Source of the DNA: Vicugna vicugna
Taxonomy: Eukaryota
Direction of reading: 5' to 3'
Assembly: GCA_013265495.1 (NCBI GenBank)
Contig: MU057744.1
Span: 248,001-312,000 of the forward strand
Length of the DNA stretch: 64,000 nt
Each line of letters opens with the position of its first letter. The stretch's first letter is position 1. The position numbers and the translations under genes were made by a program. Below the pieces are notes generated by a model. It had not been told where the DNA came from. It made no database searches and worked only from the letters and a program-made list of their open reading frames with translations. This document shows positions 13,640-27,130 of the stretch, one piece after another.

Positions 13640-15439
13640 GCATCCTGAATATTCTGGGAACAGTTCCAGTTTCAAATATTCATTTCTAATGCTGCTGATT
13701 TATATATCAACAAAGGCTCTTGAAAATTCCCAATTTTCCAGGTTATATCTGCAGTGACATCTAGAAGACGCATACAAAAAATCCTGTTTTAAAATCACAT
13801 GACCCAGTTTGAGGCTGAGGAAGCAGATTCATCAAGGATATTTGTAAAACTTTAAATTTCAACTTCTCTATTTTTACTGAGCAAGATAAATTTATGTATC
13901 TATTTGTAGGTAAGAGAACAGGTAAAAGCGGCCCCCAAAGTCTCTACTGGGCAGAAAAACCAGAAGAGTCCTCTGAAAATATACTTTAGGGAAGAAAAGC
14001 TGAAGTAAAACTAAACAGTCAGGAAGACCGGTCCAAGGAAAGGCTGCAGGCTCAAATGAAGACAGCTCTTCTGAGACTCCACAATACACTCCTCATACCT
14101 GTGTGGCTACACTGACCCTCCTGAAACCTGCAGGGCAGCAAAGCCAGACTCTACAAAGACCAGCTCCTACTCCACTCCTCATCCGCCACGTGCCAGGCAC
14201 CATTCAGTAACACCAGCCCAGTTAATCTCATAACGACACTGAGGCATGCTAGTGTCATCCTGAGTATCTAAGCACAGGAACTAAGAAGCAGAATCACACA
14301 ACTGAATGTCAGAATCAAGGCCAAAAATATACATGCTATAAGAGAGATTTCCATGTTTCCCCCCTTAGATTTTCTTACATCTGAATTACTGATCACTAAC
14401 AACTTATCAGAAGTAGAGAACTTTCACACTTAATAAAGCAGTACATGCCAGCAAAACTGGGAAGCATGGCAATGGCACAAAGCGGACACTAAACATTCTC
14501 TGTATTCCCCTCCTAGAGACAGTCACTTGCTACAGGTTCTCCAGACCTTCTCCAGGAAGCATCAACAACTACTGTGCCTACCTCAATAAAGCTGCTTTAA
14601 AAAAAGAGAAAACAAGACCTTAATACACAAGTCTATACCCCTTAACTGTATTAAATCAGTAAGATTTGACTTAAAAAAATAAAAAGCAAGTTAATTCAAT
14701 AACCTGTGAAGTAAATCATCTTGCTTCTCTAAATAGTACAAATATAAGCAAAGGCAAACCAGTGCCCAAATCTAGGTAAGGCACCACACAGAATATTCTA
14801 AACACCAGGGATACTGCGGTGGCGAGGTGGGGGACAATGAGAGGAAAATAGGGCCAAATAAAGTCTAGCAACCCAATACAGCAGTACCACCAGTTTGTCA
14901 CCACCTACCTACTCAAGAGCTGATTTTAACATTTATTTCCATGGTAGCTAGGCATCAAGCAAATCATACATACAAAAAACTGCTAGGGAAAGATTCCGTC
15001 TTTCTCCTCCACTAGAAAAGTACCTAGTCTGGCAGATTTGAGCCACATAATCTGAAAGTTTGACCCCATGTCATAATTTCAATATATCAGCCTGCACAAC
15101 ACCTTTAAAGAGGTAACTGATGGGGGGACAGAATTATTTACTATCTGCAGATATCACAATCACAACTTTTAAGCAATTACATTTCCATCTGCCTTTTATG
15201 ACATGCAATATTTTCAAAATCCAGTAAAATATGTGAAATTCTAAAAAGCAATATATAAACAAGAACTATTTACTGCCATCTAGCAACCATCTGGTGACTT
15301 GGAAAATTTATACTGGACTTTTAAACTTGAACCTTAAAAACTCATACAAGCATAAATTTAATTTTAAATTAAAACACATGGTAAAATAATACTTCATTTC
15401 TTTAGTGATAGAAAATGGGGAGAATGATGATATGCCAAC

Positions 15440-17240
15440 CAGTGACTTTAAAAAAAATACTCTCAACATTTTGAAACAATGTAAATATTTCACACCAAAA
15501 AAATTAAAAAGGAAAAAAGGGTAATCCTAAAAATCAAGAACAAATTGAACTAAATGACCTGTTTATCAAGTTGTTAGGATAAGCACACAGGAACAATTAT
15601 TTCAAGTCAATTTTAAATAAGTACTCTGTTCTTCTGTCTATAGTGGAATGCAGCCTAAGAACAAAAAGCAACACAAAGAAATCTTGAATTGCACTAATTA
15701 GTCTTATTGTTACTAATAAGACTGGCATTGTTATTTCAAAACAGGTATGTCACATGTAACATATGTTAACATTGTCAGGAATATTTTTAGCATAAAAGAT
15801 TTTTAGCATAAAGTTTAAAAGGTACAAATCAAAATAAGTTAAATCAAAACTCTAATTTTTCATGGGAATTGGAAATATTAGTATAAAGTCATCATTCATT
15901 TTTCTCTTTAAAAACAAACAAAAATGACCTTATTTCCTGGGTCTAAACACTAAAAAAGCCTAGAAACAGTGACAAAACCAGGAGCAATTAGCATCCCTTA
16001 TACCCTAGATGTGATCTCTCAAAACCACTTCCCACCTGAAGACAGCAGGGCTCCATGAAGAAATAGCTGATTCCAGGTCTGGGGCAGGAAATGTACAACA
16101 TGAACCTGAGAACTCTTGTGCCAGAAAGTAAGGAAATTATCAGAAACTAACGGGATCATATTCAGAGGAACACATGAATCCATCTGAAGGGACTCCAAAT
16201 GGCCAAAGATCAGACAATTAAAATATCAAAAACAGCAACCACAATAGATTAAAACACACAGAATACATAAAAATCTACAATACTAAAAAAACAAAAAAAT
16301 TAATTGGTCATTTTAGGAAGTTCCTAGAGGACCAACTCATTATTCTAAAAACCAGCAAAGTGAGAGAGTAAATAATCATTTATCCTGCATTTCTGTATTT
16401 TAGAGTCACCAAATACATAAAAGAATTTCAACTAATACATGTAGTAGGAGTGCTATAATTAGAAAACCTTTCTTCAATCCTTATATAATGGATCAGGCAA
16501 CAATCATTAGTTGTGAAAACCACTGGGTGAAAGTAAACAGGAAGTTTATAACTGACAGAGAAGGCTGACAACACCTAAAACCACTGACCAATCGTAGCAA
16601 TACTAAAGATGAATCAGCCTCACATTACCTGCCTCCTGATGATACGTGGGGGAACAATATAGCACCTCCTATGAAGTACGCTCACTAAAAAAGCCTCTAG
16701 AACTTACCACCAGTTTATAGGAAATACAGAGGTTAATCAAAACCAAAAAGATTCAATGAGCCCAATACAGAATGTGGGGAATTATACAGGCTAAACAACA
16801 TGGTTCCTTCACCAAATAAATGGCATGAAAAGGGAGAAGATTTTACAGAAGAAACTCAGCTTAGGAGACGTATCTTTCGATTGCAACGTGATCCTAATGG
16901 ATCCTAATGGATCCTAATAATTCCTAACAATTCAATTCAATTGTAAAAAACATTTTTGAGACAGAAATGTGAGCATTTCTAACTATCTAACTATAGGATG
17001 GCATTAAGGAATTACTGTTAATATTATTAGTTATAACAACAGCATGGTGCTTATGTGTGAAATGATATCTGGAATTTGCTTTAAAATGCAACATAGGGAG
17101 GGGGAGGGGAGAAAAGGAGCCGCAGGGTGAAACACACACGAATGGCAAAATGTGGACAAGTGTTGAAGCTAACTGCTAAGTATATGAATATTCACTGAAC
17201 TTCATTTTTGCACGCTTTAAATTTCCATAATAAAGTTTTA
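15440..17240 (+). mobile_element. L1MC4/L1MC5-like 3' end
   Basis: gaagaaatagctgattccaggtctggggcaggaaatgtacaa... and terminal tttccataataaagtt. Confidence 0.75.
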
Positions 17241-17640
17241 AAGCTATTATCACCAGCATGTTTGTTACCCTCAAGTGTATTCATCTCTAGTCTGAGTCCC
17301 CATATTTGAATATCAATGAATTTTCCAAAACTTAAAAAAACTTTATAATGTTCCTAAAAGTGAGTTACTATATTGTATTAAATATAATACCTGCATTATA
17401 AATAGTCACTGTGCCTAACTAGGCTGGCTAAACATCTGTTTAGCAGATTGGTGCTTAGATAATATACAACTTCTTTTCATTTGAGATAGTCATTGTACTT
17501 AATTAGGGCCCTATGTTTGTTTCATCAACACTTAATCACAGCTAATAAGCCATCAGGACAATTTAAGTTATAACTGGAGGGGCAAAGAGGGGGAGAACTA
17601 AACCACACTGATAATGTTTGCCATAGAAAGCTGGCTTCGA

Positions 17641-17826
17641 GGGGGTGGGGTATAGCTCAAGTGGTAGAGCCCATGCTTAGCATGCATGACGTCCTGGGTT
17701 CAATCCCCAGTACCTGTTTTAAGAATAAACAAATAAACCTAATTACCTCTCCCACCAAAAAAATAACTGAGTCACCAGATCTTCCCCTGACAGGGGAGGG
17801 CATGAGGCCATAATCATTTTAAAAAA
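17641..17826 (+). mobile_element. tRNA-Ala-derived SINE (Vic-1-like) with 14-bp TSD
   Basis: A box tagctcaagtgg, B box ggttcaatccc, tail aaacctaattacc; aaagctggcttcga at 17627-17640 and 17827-17840. Confidence 0.92.
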
Positions 17827-19089
17827 AAAGCTGGCTTCGATCTGTACACAGGCATTTCATTCATTAAAAACTGCAGTCTTATAAGTCTCTCATTGTACTT
17901 TCCAGAGTCGTCTTAAAGTTTGAACCGATTTTAAGTTCATATACATAAGGAGCTTTTAGTGTGGAAAAACTAGGGGATAATAAACTGTATGTTTTTAAAA
18001 TCCTCCAAAGGTTTAACATCCTAATAACAATAACGAATGCTGAGAGTTCAGCCTTGTCAAAAATGAACACAGGATAATAATACATCAAGGAGTTCTTTAC
18101 TCACAGGAAAAACCGCTTCTTGCCTATATCACTATTTGACCTTGCCATCTGACGAAATCTGAATCCTGGCTCTAGTTTAGAAGTAGAGCAGTTCTCTGGG
18201 ATACTGGATTATGAGTCAAGCGATCCAAGCAAAGGGGCTGGCCTACACCAGTTTGAATTCACAATTCTTATCCATAGGTGGTTGCTGCCTAAAGCACTAT
18301 TTTGCAAAGGATTCTAAGGCTTCTTTTAGGACCAGCAGAAAGGGTCTTCAGAGTCCCTGACTTTTTAAATGTATGATACAAAGCATCTGGGAGCAGAAAA
18401 GAAAATGGCTTCATTAGGCATCTTTTTACTACTCTAGGAGGAATCTACACTCTACTACTTTCTCTGAGCCTCATATTCCTTATGTATAAACAGGGCTAAT
18501 AGTATCTCTCATAGTGCTGTAATGAAGATTAAATGAGATATGTGTGCTTAGAAGACATTATATATATAGCCCAGAGAACTGCTCTACTTCTATATATATA
18601 TAAAGTTCTCAAAACATTGGCTGTCATTATTTTTTTTTTTTACTATTATTCTTACTATAGTTTGTTCTACGTTAAAGATGCCTTGCAGGAGAAAGGAAGG
18701 ATAGCCACAATACATTTTAAATAAGTGTTATTCTTCAGTGGTGGTGTCCTTCCTCCTCCCATTCATACCCTTGTTTTAAACATTTTTAAAGCCAAACTAA
18801 CCTCCAGGGCTTTGGTTTAAATTGTTTATGCAGAAGTTTCACTTATGATATTTCCTTACATGTGTACAGACTACCTGGAGTATACTGTGGTCTCCAAGTT
18901 TGTGTTTCAATTTAAATATAAATATTATACAATTAAGAAAATAAACCCTAAAATTTAAAACAAAACCAGAAGTTTTATCATATTAAATCACTAGAATGTT
19001 GAATTTTCCTTTAAAAAGTACCCTCAAAAAAGATCCAAGTGTAAAAATAAACTAGATATCAACAGTCAAGTCAAAAAATAGATTACCTA

Positions 19090-19225
19090 GGGGGAAGTTA
19101 CAGCTCAAGTGATAGAGTGCATGCTTAGCATGCACAAGATCCTGGGTTCAGTCCCCAGTACTTCCATTAAATAAATAAACAAGCAAACAAACAAACCTAA
19201 TTACCTTCCCCACCTAAAAAAAAAA
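19090..19225 (+). mobile_element. tRNA-Ala-derived SINE (Vic-1-like)
   Basis: Same head and aaacctaattacc tail as the 17641 copy; A tail; flanked by attaccta on both sides. Confidence 0.9.
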
Positions 19226-19684
19226 TTCATTACCTAAGTTAAATGAGATAAGAGATAAATAGATTACACATGTGAAGTTTAGTCATCTTACTGTAATATT
19301 AATAACAAAAAAGGTACCTAGCATAACATAATATTTATGGAATATTCAGATGGATTTTAACAAGAGTATTTTTAAAGAAAAACTCTTTAACTTTTAGAAA
19401 AATTAACTATTTAAAAATACAACACCATCAAAGAAAAACACCTAATAATACACAGGAAGCTAAATTTTAAAAAATTTTATTCTCCATGTGTACATCAAGA
19501 AACTCGAGAATTCAATAAAAGTATGGAGTTATTTAAATAAAGACAGCAAGATCTTATTTAAACAAGAATGAACATACAGAAAGTACAAAATCCTAAGCAC
19601 CAGAAGTAAATGAAAGAACGCAAGGGGGGTGGGCACAGGCACACGGGGTAGAGGGGGGTGGGGAGCCTCCAAACCTGACTGCCT

Positions 19685-20115
19685 GAAGTGTAGCTACTAC
19701 AGAAGGGCTGAATTTTTTATTTTATTTAACTTTAATTAATTTTAACTTAAAAACTAATATTCAATTTGGTTATTAGAAAACTTTTACATGTGTTTAGAAC
19801 AACCTAGACATGAAAATTTACTTTTTCACCTGTAAATTTTATGAACTCTAAATACAGATCAAGTAGCTCCAAGGAAAATTTAGTCCAAATTAAGATTACT
19901 ATAGGTGTAAAACACACACCAGATTTCAGACAGTGTGAAAAAGGAATGTAAACTATCTCAATAATTTTATATTGACTACATGTTAAAATGACAATACTGT
20001 GGACACAGAAGGTTAAACAGAATATTATCGAAGTGAATTTTACCTTTTTAACGCAGCTACTAGGAAACTTACAGTTTACATGGCTCACACCGTACTCCTA
20101 CTGACAACGCTGCTC
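19685..20115. mobile_element. hAT-Charlie fragment (Charlie1/MER33-like)
   Basis: ctaaatacagatcaagt...gtaaaacacacaccagatttc...gctactaggaaa...acaacgctgctcta. Confidence 0.75.
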
Positions 20116-20189
20116 TAAACACCACACCCCGCATGGCGGTCTGCCTACTACTCATCCCTTCTCCCAGTTCTCATTATCAGTAACAACAG

Positions 20190-20400
20190 TTAACAACCAT
20201 CGTTCACCAGTATTAGACACTGTCCTAAATGCTTCACGTGGATTATCTCATTCAATCCCTCCAAAGTAGGAGGTAAGTTTTATCATTATCCTCACTTCGG
20301 AGATTTTAAATTAAGCATCAGAGAGGCTTAAGTCATTTGCCCAAACCAGAAGTGCCAGGTTCCAGGATTAGAATGCGTCTGGTTTGCAAGTATTCTTAAC
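20190..20400 (-). mobile_element. MIR SINE
   Basis: cactgtcctaaatgcttcacgtggattatctcattcaatcc...aagtcatttgcccaa. Confidence 0.75.
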
Positions 20401-22565
20401 CATCGTGGTTCTACTATATCTCATCCTAAATTTATATCCCTAAATTATTAACGACATTGCCCCCCAAATAGACATTTCCCAGCAGAAAATTCCCACTCAG
20501 TTACCTTTTTTTTTTTATTATTAAACACTGTAGGGGAAAAAATGAACAAGGAAAGAAAAAAAATTAGGGCTCCAAGAACAAAGATTAATCAAAACTATAT
20601 GAACTTGACTTCCAATAATTAGGCGCACAGGTAATAAGCACTCAGTTTATTTTATCACAATGCCGCGCACACTGACCGTACTAAGTGCTTGTTCTAAACC
20701 ACTAGCAATTGGCAATTTGAAGACATGTAGTAAAAGCGCCTTCTCCCTATTCTACAATATGTTACAGCTGTTAAATTTTTTGGCTCTTATAAACTAAACA
20801 CAGTATAAGTATTTTATGTCATCTTATTTAATTTATAACAAAACAATGAAATAAATATTATGCTCCTCATTTTTCATATCCTGAAAATAAGGCTCAAAGA
20901 AATAAACTGCCTAAGGTCATGCAACTGGTTAAGAGGCAGAGCACAATTTAAACCTAACCAAATCCATCCCAGTTTCCATATGATCAGGGTGATGGGGGAG
21001 GCATGCAACACATATCCTGAAACACGCGCTCTTTTGCTTCTAATAGACCCCTGATGAAGTGTGACAATGAAGCGTGGTACTTGAACTTACCACCTCCATC
21101 AAAATAAGGTACCAATATCTAACTTTTTTAAAGTTAGATAATTTAAATACAGTACCACATGAACTATCAAACCCGATCACTCAGGTACCTACATTCTAAG
21201 AAACACAGACAAAATATCTGATATACGTAGAACAAACTTTGAGAGCATAAATTTACAACTCAGGGTAGACAGAACCTTGTGAAACGGACTTTGTAGTGAT
21301 GCATGTAGGAAAATACATTGCTGTCCAGTATTTACCACCTGTCATCAGAGTGTTACGGGGGCACTAGACACAGGTAGAGAACAGTGACAGGACAGAGAGA
21401 AGGGCTGGAATCGGGAAAGATATCCTAGAGTCAGAGAATCCTGTCCTGCTACAGGAATCAAACCAGTGGCAACAACTCAATCTTTAGGCGCATCCTAACT
21501 TCAGTCATATTCAGTCAGCAGTTATATGTGCAAAGAAATACATGATAATGCAATCTAGAAAGAAACAATTTTTTTCCAAGCACAATAGTGAAAACCTTTC
21601 AATCACTTACTTACTTGAAACAGGTCTGTAATAAGACAGAATTAGCAGGCCTCTCTCTCCATCAATAACAGCTACAAGATGTTCACGGAGAAATGTTTTA
21701 CATAGCTCACATTTTAACCTGGAGACACGAATAATAAAGAAGACATTCATCTCCCCCTAAGAGTCCCTTTGGAAGGGCTTTCTCACAGCCATTTCCACTA
21801 TCTACTGCTTCACTCTATGACTGGCCTCCCAGCATAATTTTGATAGTTGAAAGATTCAAAGAAAAATTAGGCAATGACATCACTAAAAACAGCAATTCTC
21901 CAAGTTAACTTCAAAAAAGATACCATCTAGGCACATATAAAGGAATCAATCATAAGCCACTGAGATTTAAAACTGCAATTACTCAAGGCCCTTCCTTAAT
22001 TATTATTATAATAGTTCTTAAAAAAATCACAAAAGTAGAAAAGTCTTCTGCCTAAAAGATGTGTTGTATCTTTGAGACCAAAACAGATTCAAGCCATAAA
22101 GCAAACCAAAGTTAAGCATTCATCTATTTTATTCAACACTGTGCTATAAATTATCACTCTCCTCAAAAAGCAAAGGTCTGGAAAGGCTGAATTCTAAGAC
22201 AAAAACCTTTATAAGAGTCAAATAAAAAGTAAACAACAGCAAAGAAGCCTCACTCTCTGGAAAGTGCCTGAGTCACCGACGTCTTGTTCTCCTTCCAGAG
22301 ACAAGTTTAAGCCCAGATACTTGGACTGGAGTTTACCAAACCCACTCACACGTTACCCTGAAGACACCTATCCCCAAGCATCAAACTAACAGATAAGATC
22401 AATCAGAAGGCATCAGTTAATATTTCTGAGTGTATTCTATGCATGGTCTGTCTGCATTAGCATGTGATTTATATTTTCATAAAACTCCTTTGTGGTAAAC
22501 AGTAAATATTAATCTAATTTTACAGAAAAGTCTAAAAGGCTAAACGATTTTGCTAAACTAGAGGC

Positions 22566-23041
22566 TGTGGCAGGCAGAATAATGGCCTCCCCGAAGATGA
22601 CTGTATCCTAATCCCCAGAATCTGTGAAACTGTTGTTACATAGCAAAAGGGAATTAAGGTTGCAGACGGAATTAAGGTTACTAATCAACTGACCCTGAAA
22701 TGGGAAGATTATCCCGGATTGTCTGGATGGGCCCAGTGAAATCACCAGGGTCCTAATAAAAGTGAAAGAGGGAGGCAGGAGAGGCAGTGTCAAAGCCAGA
22801 GACATCTGCACACACTAAACTGCTGGCTTTGCAGATGGAGAAGAGACCATGAGCAGCACGCGAACAGCCTCTAGAGGCTGGAGCAGACAAGGTAACGTCC
22901 TCCTCTGGAGCCTGCGCAAGGAATTCAGTTCAGAGAGACGCACTGCAGACTTCTGACAACTACAACTGCGAAATAATAAGTGCTGTTTTAAGCCACTAGA
23001 TTTGTGGCAACTTGTTACAGCAGCAATATGAAACAAATACA
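22566..23041 (+). mobile_element. MLT1D-like MaLR solo LTR
   Basis: tgtggcaggcagaataatggcc...ttttaagccactagatttgtggcaacttgttacagcagcaat...ataca. Confidence 0.88.
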
Positions 23042-23444
23042 CAGCCTAAATCTGCCACCATTCTGCAAGAATTTGCTAACTAGTTTTGTGAAGAACATTA
23101 AGTACGGAGTAGTAAACTCTAGCAATGACTTGCTGATGTAAAACCAGTGTCCCATTTAATGCCTCAAAATTCAACTTGCATACTCTTATATAACAGATTG
23201 ACTCCTAAAAAAATTACACAGTAATTAATCCTAAATTTTAAAATATCCTTTAAAAATACGACAGCAATCTACAGAATAATAGAATCAAGTACCAACAAGT
23301 AAATAGAGAATGTTTCAAACAAGTAAACTTATAACTAAGGAATGCCACCCAGACTGTATTAAAAAAGTAGATACTTTTTCAGACTAGATAACCTTCCATG
23401 TTGTCACCTGGCAGTATACTTGGTGTCTAAATTCACAGGTCCAA

Positions 23445-23570
23445 GGGAGGGAAGGTGGTAGAGCGCATGTTTAGCATGTATGAGGTCCTGGGTTCAATCC
23501 CCAGTATCTCCTCTAACAACAGATAAGTAAGTAAACCTAATTACCTCGTCCCACCAAAAAAAATAAAATT
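23445..23570 (+). mobile_element. tRNA-Ala-derived SINE (Vic-1-like)
   Basis: gtggtagagcgcatg...gaggtcctgggttcaatccccagt...aaacctaattacc; taaattcaca on both sides. Confidence 0.9.
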
Positions 23571-25111
23571 AAATTCACAAATGATCTCTGAAAATCTCTT
23601 CCGGCTCTATGAGCTACAGTGTTTTAACTCAAAATTACTTGTGGAAATATAACCTAATGATTCATTTTTCTCCTACTTTAAAGTATCTTCAAAGCCTTGT
23701 ACTGTCTTCCTCTAATTTACAATACTGATTTACAAGCTAGTAAAGGTTCTCCCAGAAAAACTACATCCACTGTATTTTGTTTTAATACATTTTCATATAA
23801 TTTCTTCTGTTTTTTGAGAGAACAGGATAAATTTCTCTAAAACATTTAATATCATGATGCAAATAAATTCTAGCTTTAAAACTGTTCCTTTCAAAAAAGA
23901 AGGTAGGTAAAAGGTTTCTAAACTACACTCACTATTCCAGGAAGCCATCAAAAGGTCACTAAATGGCGACAACTTTATTACTCACTTATAACTCCCAGAG
24001 AGGCGCATGGTTCAGTTTACTAACAAGAGAGCAGATTCTGCCATGGGTTTAATGTGTGCCTGTGGGCAAATCACTCAACATCTTTGCATCTGCTTTTTCA
24101 ACCATAAAAAAGGAAAAATGCTCCTGACCTGCCTCAAAGGGATGTTATAAGAAATAGCTAATGATTATGAAACTTTCAAAACATAACGTGCCATTTAAAA
24201 ATCTAACTATGGTGTTTAAAAATCCTTTATAAACCACATATTCTGACCCTAAGCATCTGCTGGGGTCATTGCCTTCAATAGCCTGTCCCCAATTAACCCT
24301 CCTAACAAATGCAACCAGGGATCCCAAGAACAACAATCGCTTCTCTAGAAGCGGCCACAGCCTGGGGTGTTCCCTCCTCACCTCGCGCAGCTTCCCTTTT
24401 AATAGCAACTCCGCACAACCAGATTTCATTCACAGTAGTGGTAATAATAATCTATAGGGTTTACGAGAGACTACTGTAAATGTTACAGGTGACTGGGACT
24501 ACTCACCACCTGGCAGTACTAGATATTTAAATAAATTAACACTTACTGAATACCTGCTGAATGCTAAACACTGCTAAGCGAGGGCTCTACAAATCTGCCA
24601 TAACTTAAAGCTAAAGAAACATCAGTGGTGCCCCACATAAATCATTTAGTGGTAGAGACAACAGCATACTGAATGCAAATAAAATCTTGCTGAAGGCACC
24701 ACAGAAGAATGACATAGATCTGTTACATACTCATATAGGAAGATGTAAAAACAATTACAGAATAACACGTATAGTCTAAGTCCATTTTTGCAAAACCAAA
24801 TATAACAAAAACACTCACATGCAAGTGACGTGTCCAAGGAAAAAGGTATAAAAGAACTCACCCTAACCTGTTACACCAAGTTGCCAAGAGAAGGGGACAC
24901 TGGGGAAGGTAATGACTTACTATTCACCATACACATTATATTTCTGAATTTTTTTTACAATTAACAGCAATCTGTATTGCTTTTATAACTTAAAACACTT
25001 AAATTTTGTATGGAATAGAACTAGTTTAGAAACATATTTCTCCAAGTTGAGGCAAAGCAAAATTAGGTGACTTAGCAAGTGTCAAAAGCCCTCTGATACT
25101 GAACAACTTTC

Positions 25112-25207
25112 TTTTTTTCTTTTTTTTAATTTTTTTATTTAATAGAGGTCCTGGGTTCAATCTCTGGCTAAGCATGCAGTCTAACACTGAGCTGTACCCA
25201 CTTGCCC
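25112..25207 (-). mobile_element. Rearranged tRNA-Ala-derived SINE
   Basis: T tract on the left, minus-strand head on the right; tgaacaactttc at 25100-25111 and 25214-25225. Confidence 0.8.
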
Positions 25208-27060
25208 TAACAATGAACAACTTTCAACAAGGATATTCAGACTAAAAATTGAAATGGTCCTTTGATGAGGCATACTTACCAAGATAAAACTGAAAATATG
25301 AAAAGCTAAACTTTTTTAAAACTCCCAAATAGGTATAAGCCACTGTGCCTCATGTAAACTTTGACAGCAAGAGTCGCTCAAGTCTGTTCGTTTCCTCTGC
25401 CTCCTCTAGAGCAGAGACCCTCAGGCTGGCAGGGCCCGGCACTCAGCCCCACCTGCCGGCTGCCAGGCCAGGCGAGCTTCGGGTGACTGACAGCCACATC
25501 AGGACAGCAATCTGGGCATAAAAAGAAAAAACCTTTCCCCACATAAGCAAGGCTGGAGGTGGATGCCTAGAAAACAAGGCTCTCCAGTGCTTCACCTAAT
25601 CCAATAACAACCCTCTATCTAGGCTCGGAAGTAAAATTTACTTTTCCCTTCAAAGAATCCCATCTGGGCAAGCCAGCAGTAAATTGAGAGGAAAAGTGTA
25701 TTTATTAAGAGAAGCTTCTGCATCAGGAAGGGCTAGAATAAATAAAAGTTTGAAATGAGAGCAAAGGGTTCTTAGAATAAAGAAATCTGGTTTTCACCTT
25801 CCACTGAAGTTTTCATAAACAGTAACAAGCTTTGACCTAAATCACAAAACTGCAACTTCTTCCCTCAACTTCCAAATCAACCTTTAAGTTAAGAGACTAG
25901 AGTCACTGTATTACCTCGAAAGCCTATTTATATTTCCCAGAGTTTGCACATTCTTTCCACAGCACTAATTAGAGCTCAGTTTAGTGAGCACTTACTATGC
26001 AGTACATCCTGTTGTTACCTTTAGTCACCCCAGCAACCCCATGGGGTCAGTGCTACCTACCATTCCTCACTTCAGACAAGGACACCAGCCTTCTTAGAAA
26101 GCTGAAAAAAATTATCCACAACTTGGTAAGCCGGAGAGTTCCAATTCAATCCCAAGCAGTATTGATGAAAGAATCCTCACTCCGCCCATTTATAAAAGGG
26201 CCAGGCTTTTCCCAGAACACAGCTACCACGTACCGACTGCTCAGAACCACGCCAAGCACGGTGTAAGGCACTTTAATGTTACCTCGCATAGTACCTACAC
26301 AACCTTGTGTGGCTACCTATTACTATGCCCATTTTGCAAAAAACTAAAACTGATGTTTACTTTCATTTCTAAAATAAATAACTTTACCCCAATTTCAACA
26401 GCTAAGTAAAGAACTCAGAGAGACAGAACTGGGAACAAGCTCTCTCTTTCTCCAAGCCATATGCTCGGAGTCAACAAGCTACTCTGAGCACTTTAACTAA
26501 ACAAAGACGGTTTTTATAGTCATTTTCAAGTATAAGTCTTACTATCAGTATAAAGTGAATCTTTTCTTTCAATGCCATTTGCTGAAAGGTTTGACAGCTT
26601 ATAGTCTTCACCTCTGCTATTAAAGAAAATAATACAAAATTAGTGTGATTGTCAATGAAACTTATTAAACAGTTTTCCGTGACCATGCTCACACACACAA
26701 CTGTGGGTGGCAGCGTCATCAGATTAGAAACAGCAGCCTGGTACTTGTCAAATCTTGACCCAGGACTTCAGATAGCCTTGAGTTAAGTCACACTGCCAAA
26801 AATGAAACTATCAGTTGGAAGAAAATGGCTTAAATAAGACACATCTACATTAAGTACCCATCTCACTGTCCCATATATACTGTACTCTGACACATTTTAA
26901 TAGTAAAAAACTACATACAGAATTATTATTCTCTTAACATGCTTATCGCCCACTGTGGATCAGATGCCCCCAAGGAAACACAGCTGTCACCCAGATTTGG
27001 GTGACGTGGCGATCAATGTATTAATTGACTGTTAAATTTATAATTAAAAAGCGATAGATT

Positions 27061-27130
27061 CAAAACATGGTAAACTGACTATACTTCAATAAACATATAT
27101 ATATATATATATATACAGAAAAAAAAGAAG
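27061..27130 (+). mobile_element. Extremely truncated L1 3' tail with (AT)n
   Basis: aactgactatacttcaataaa followed by (AT)n and A tail; degenerate TSD aaaaagcgatag/aaaaagtgatgg. Confidence 0.7.

Noticed and set aside
17641..17716. tRNA-Ala(AGC)-like sequence here and in related copies
   Set aside because: Followed by a family-specific tail, A run and TSD, so these are SINE heads and not tRNA genes.
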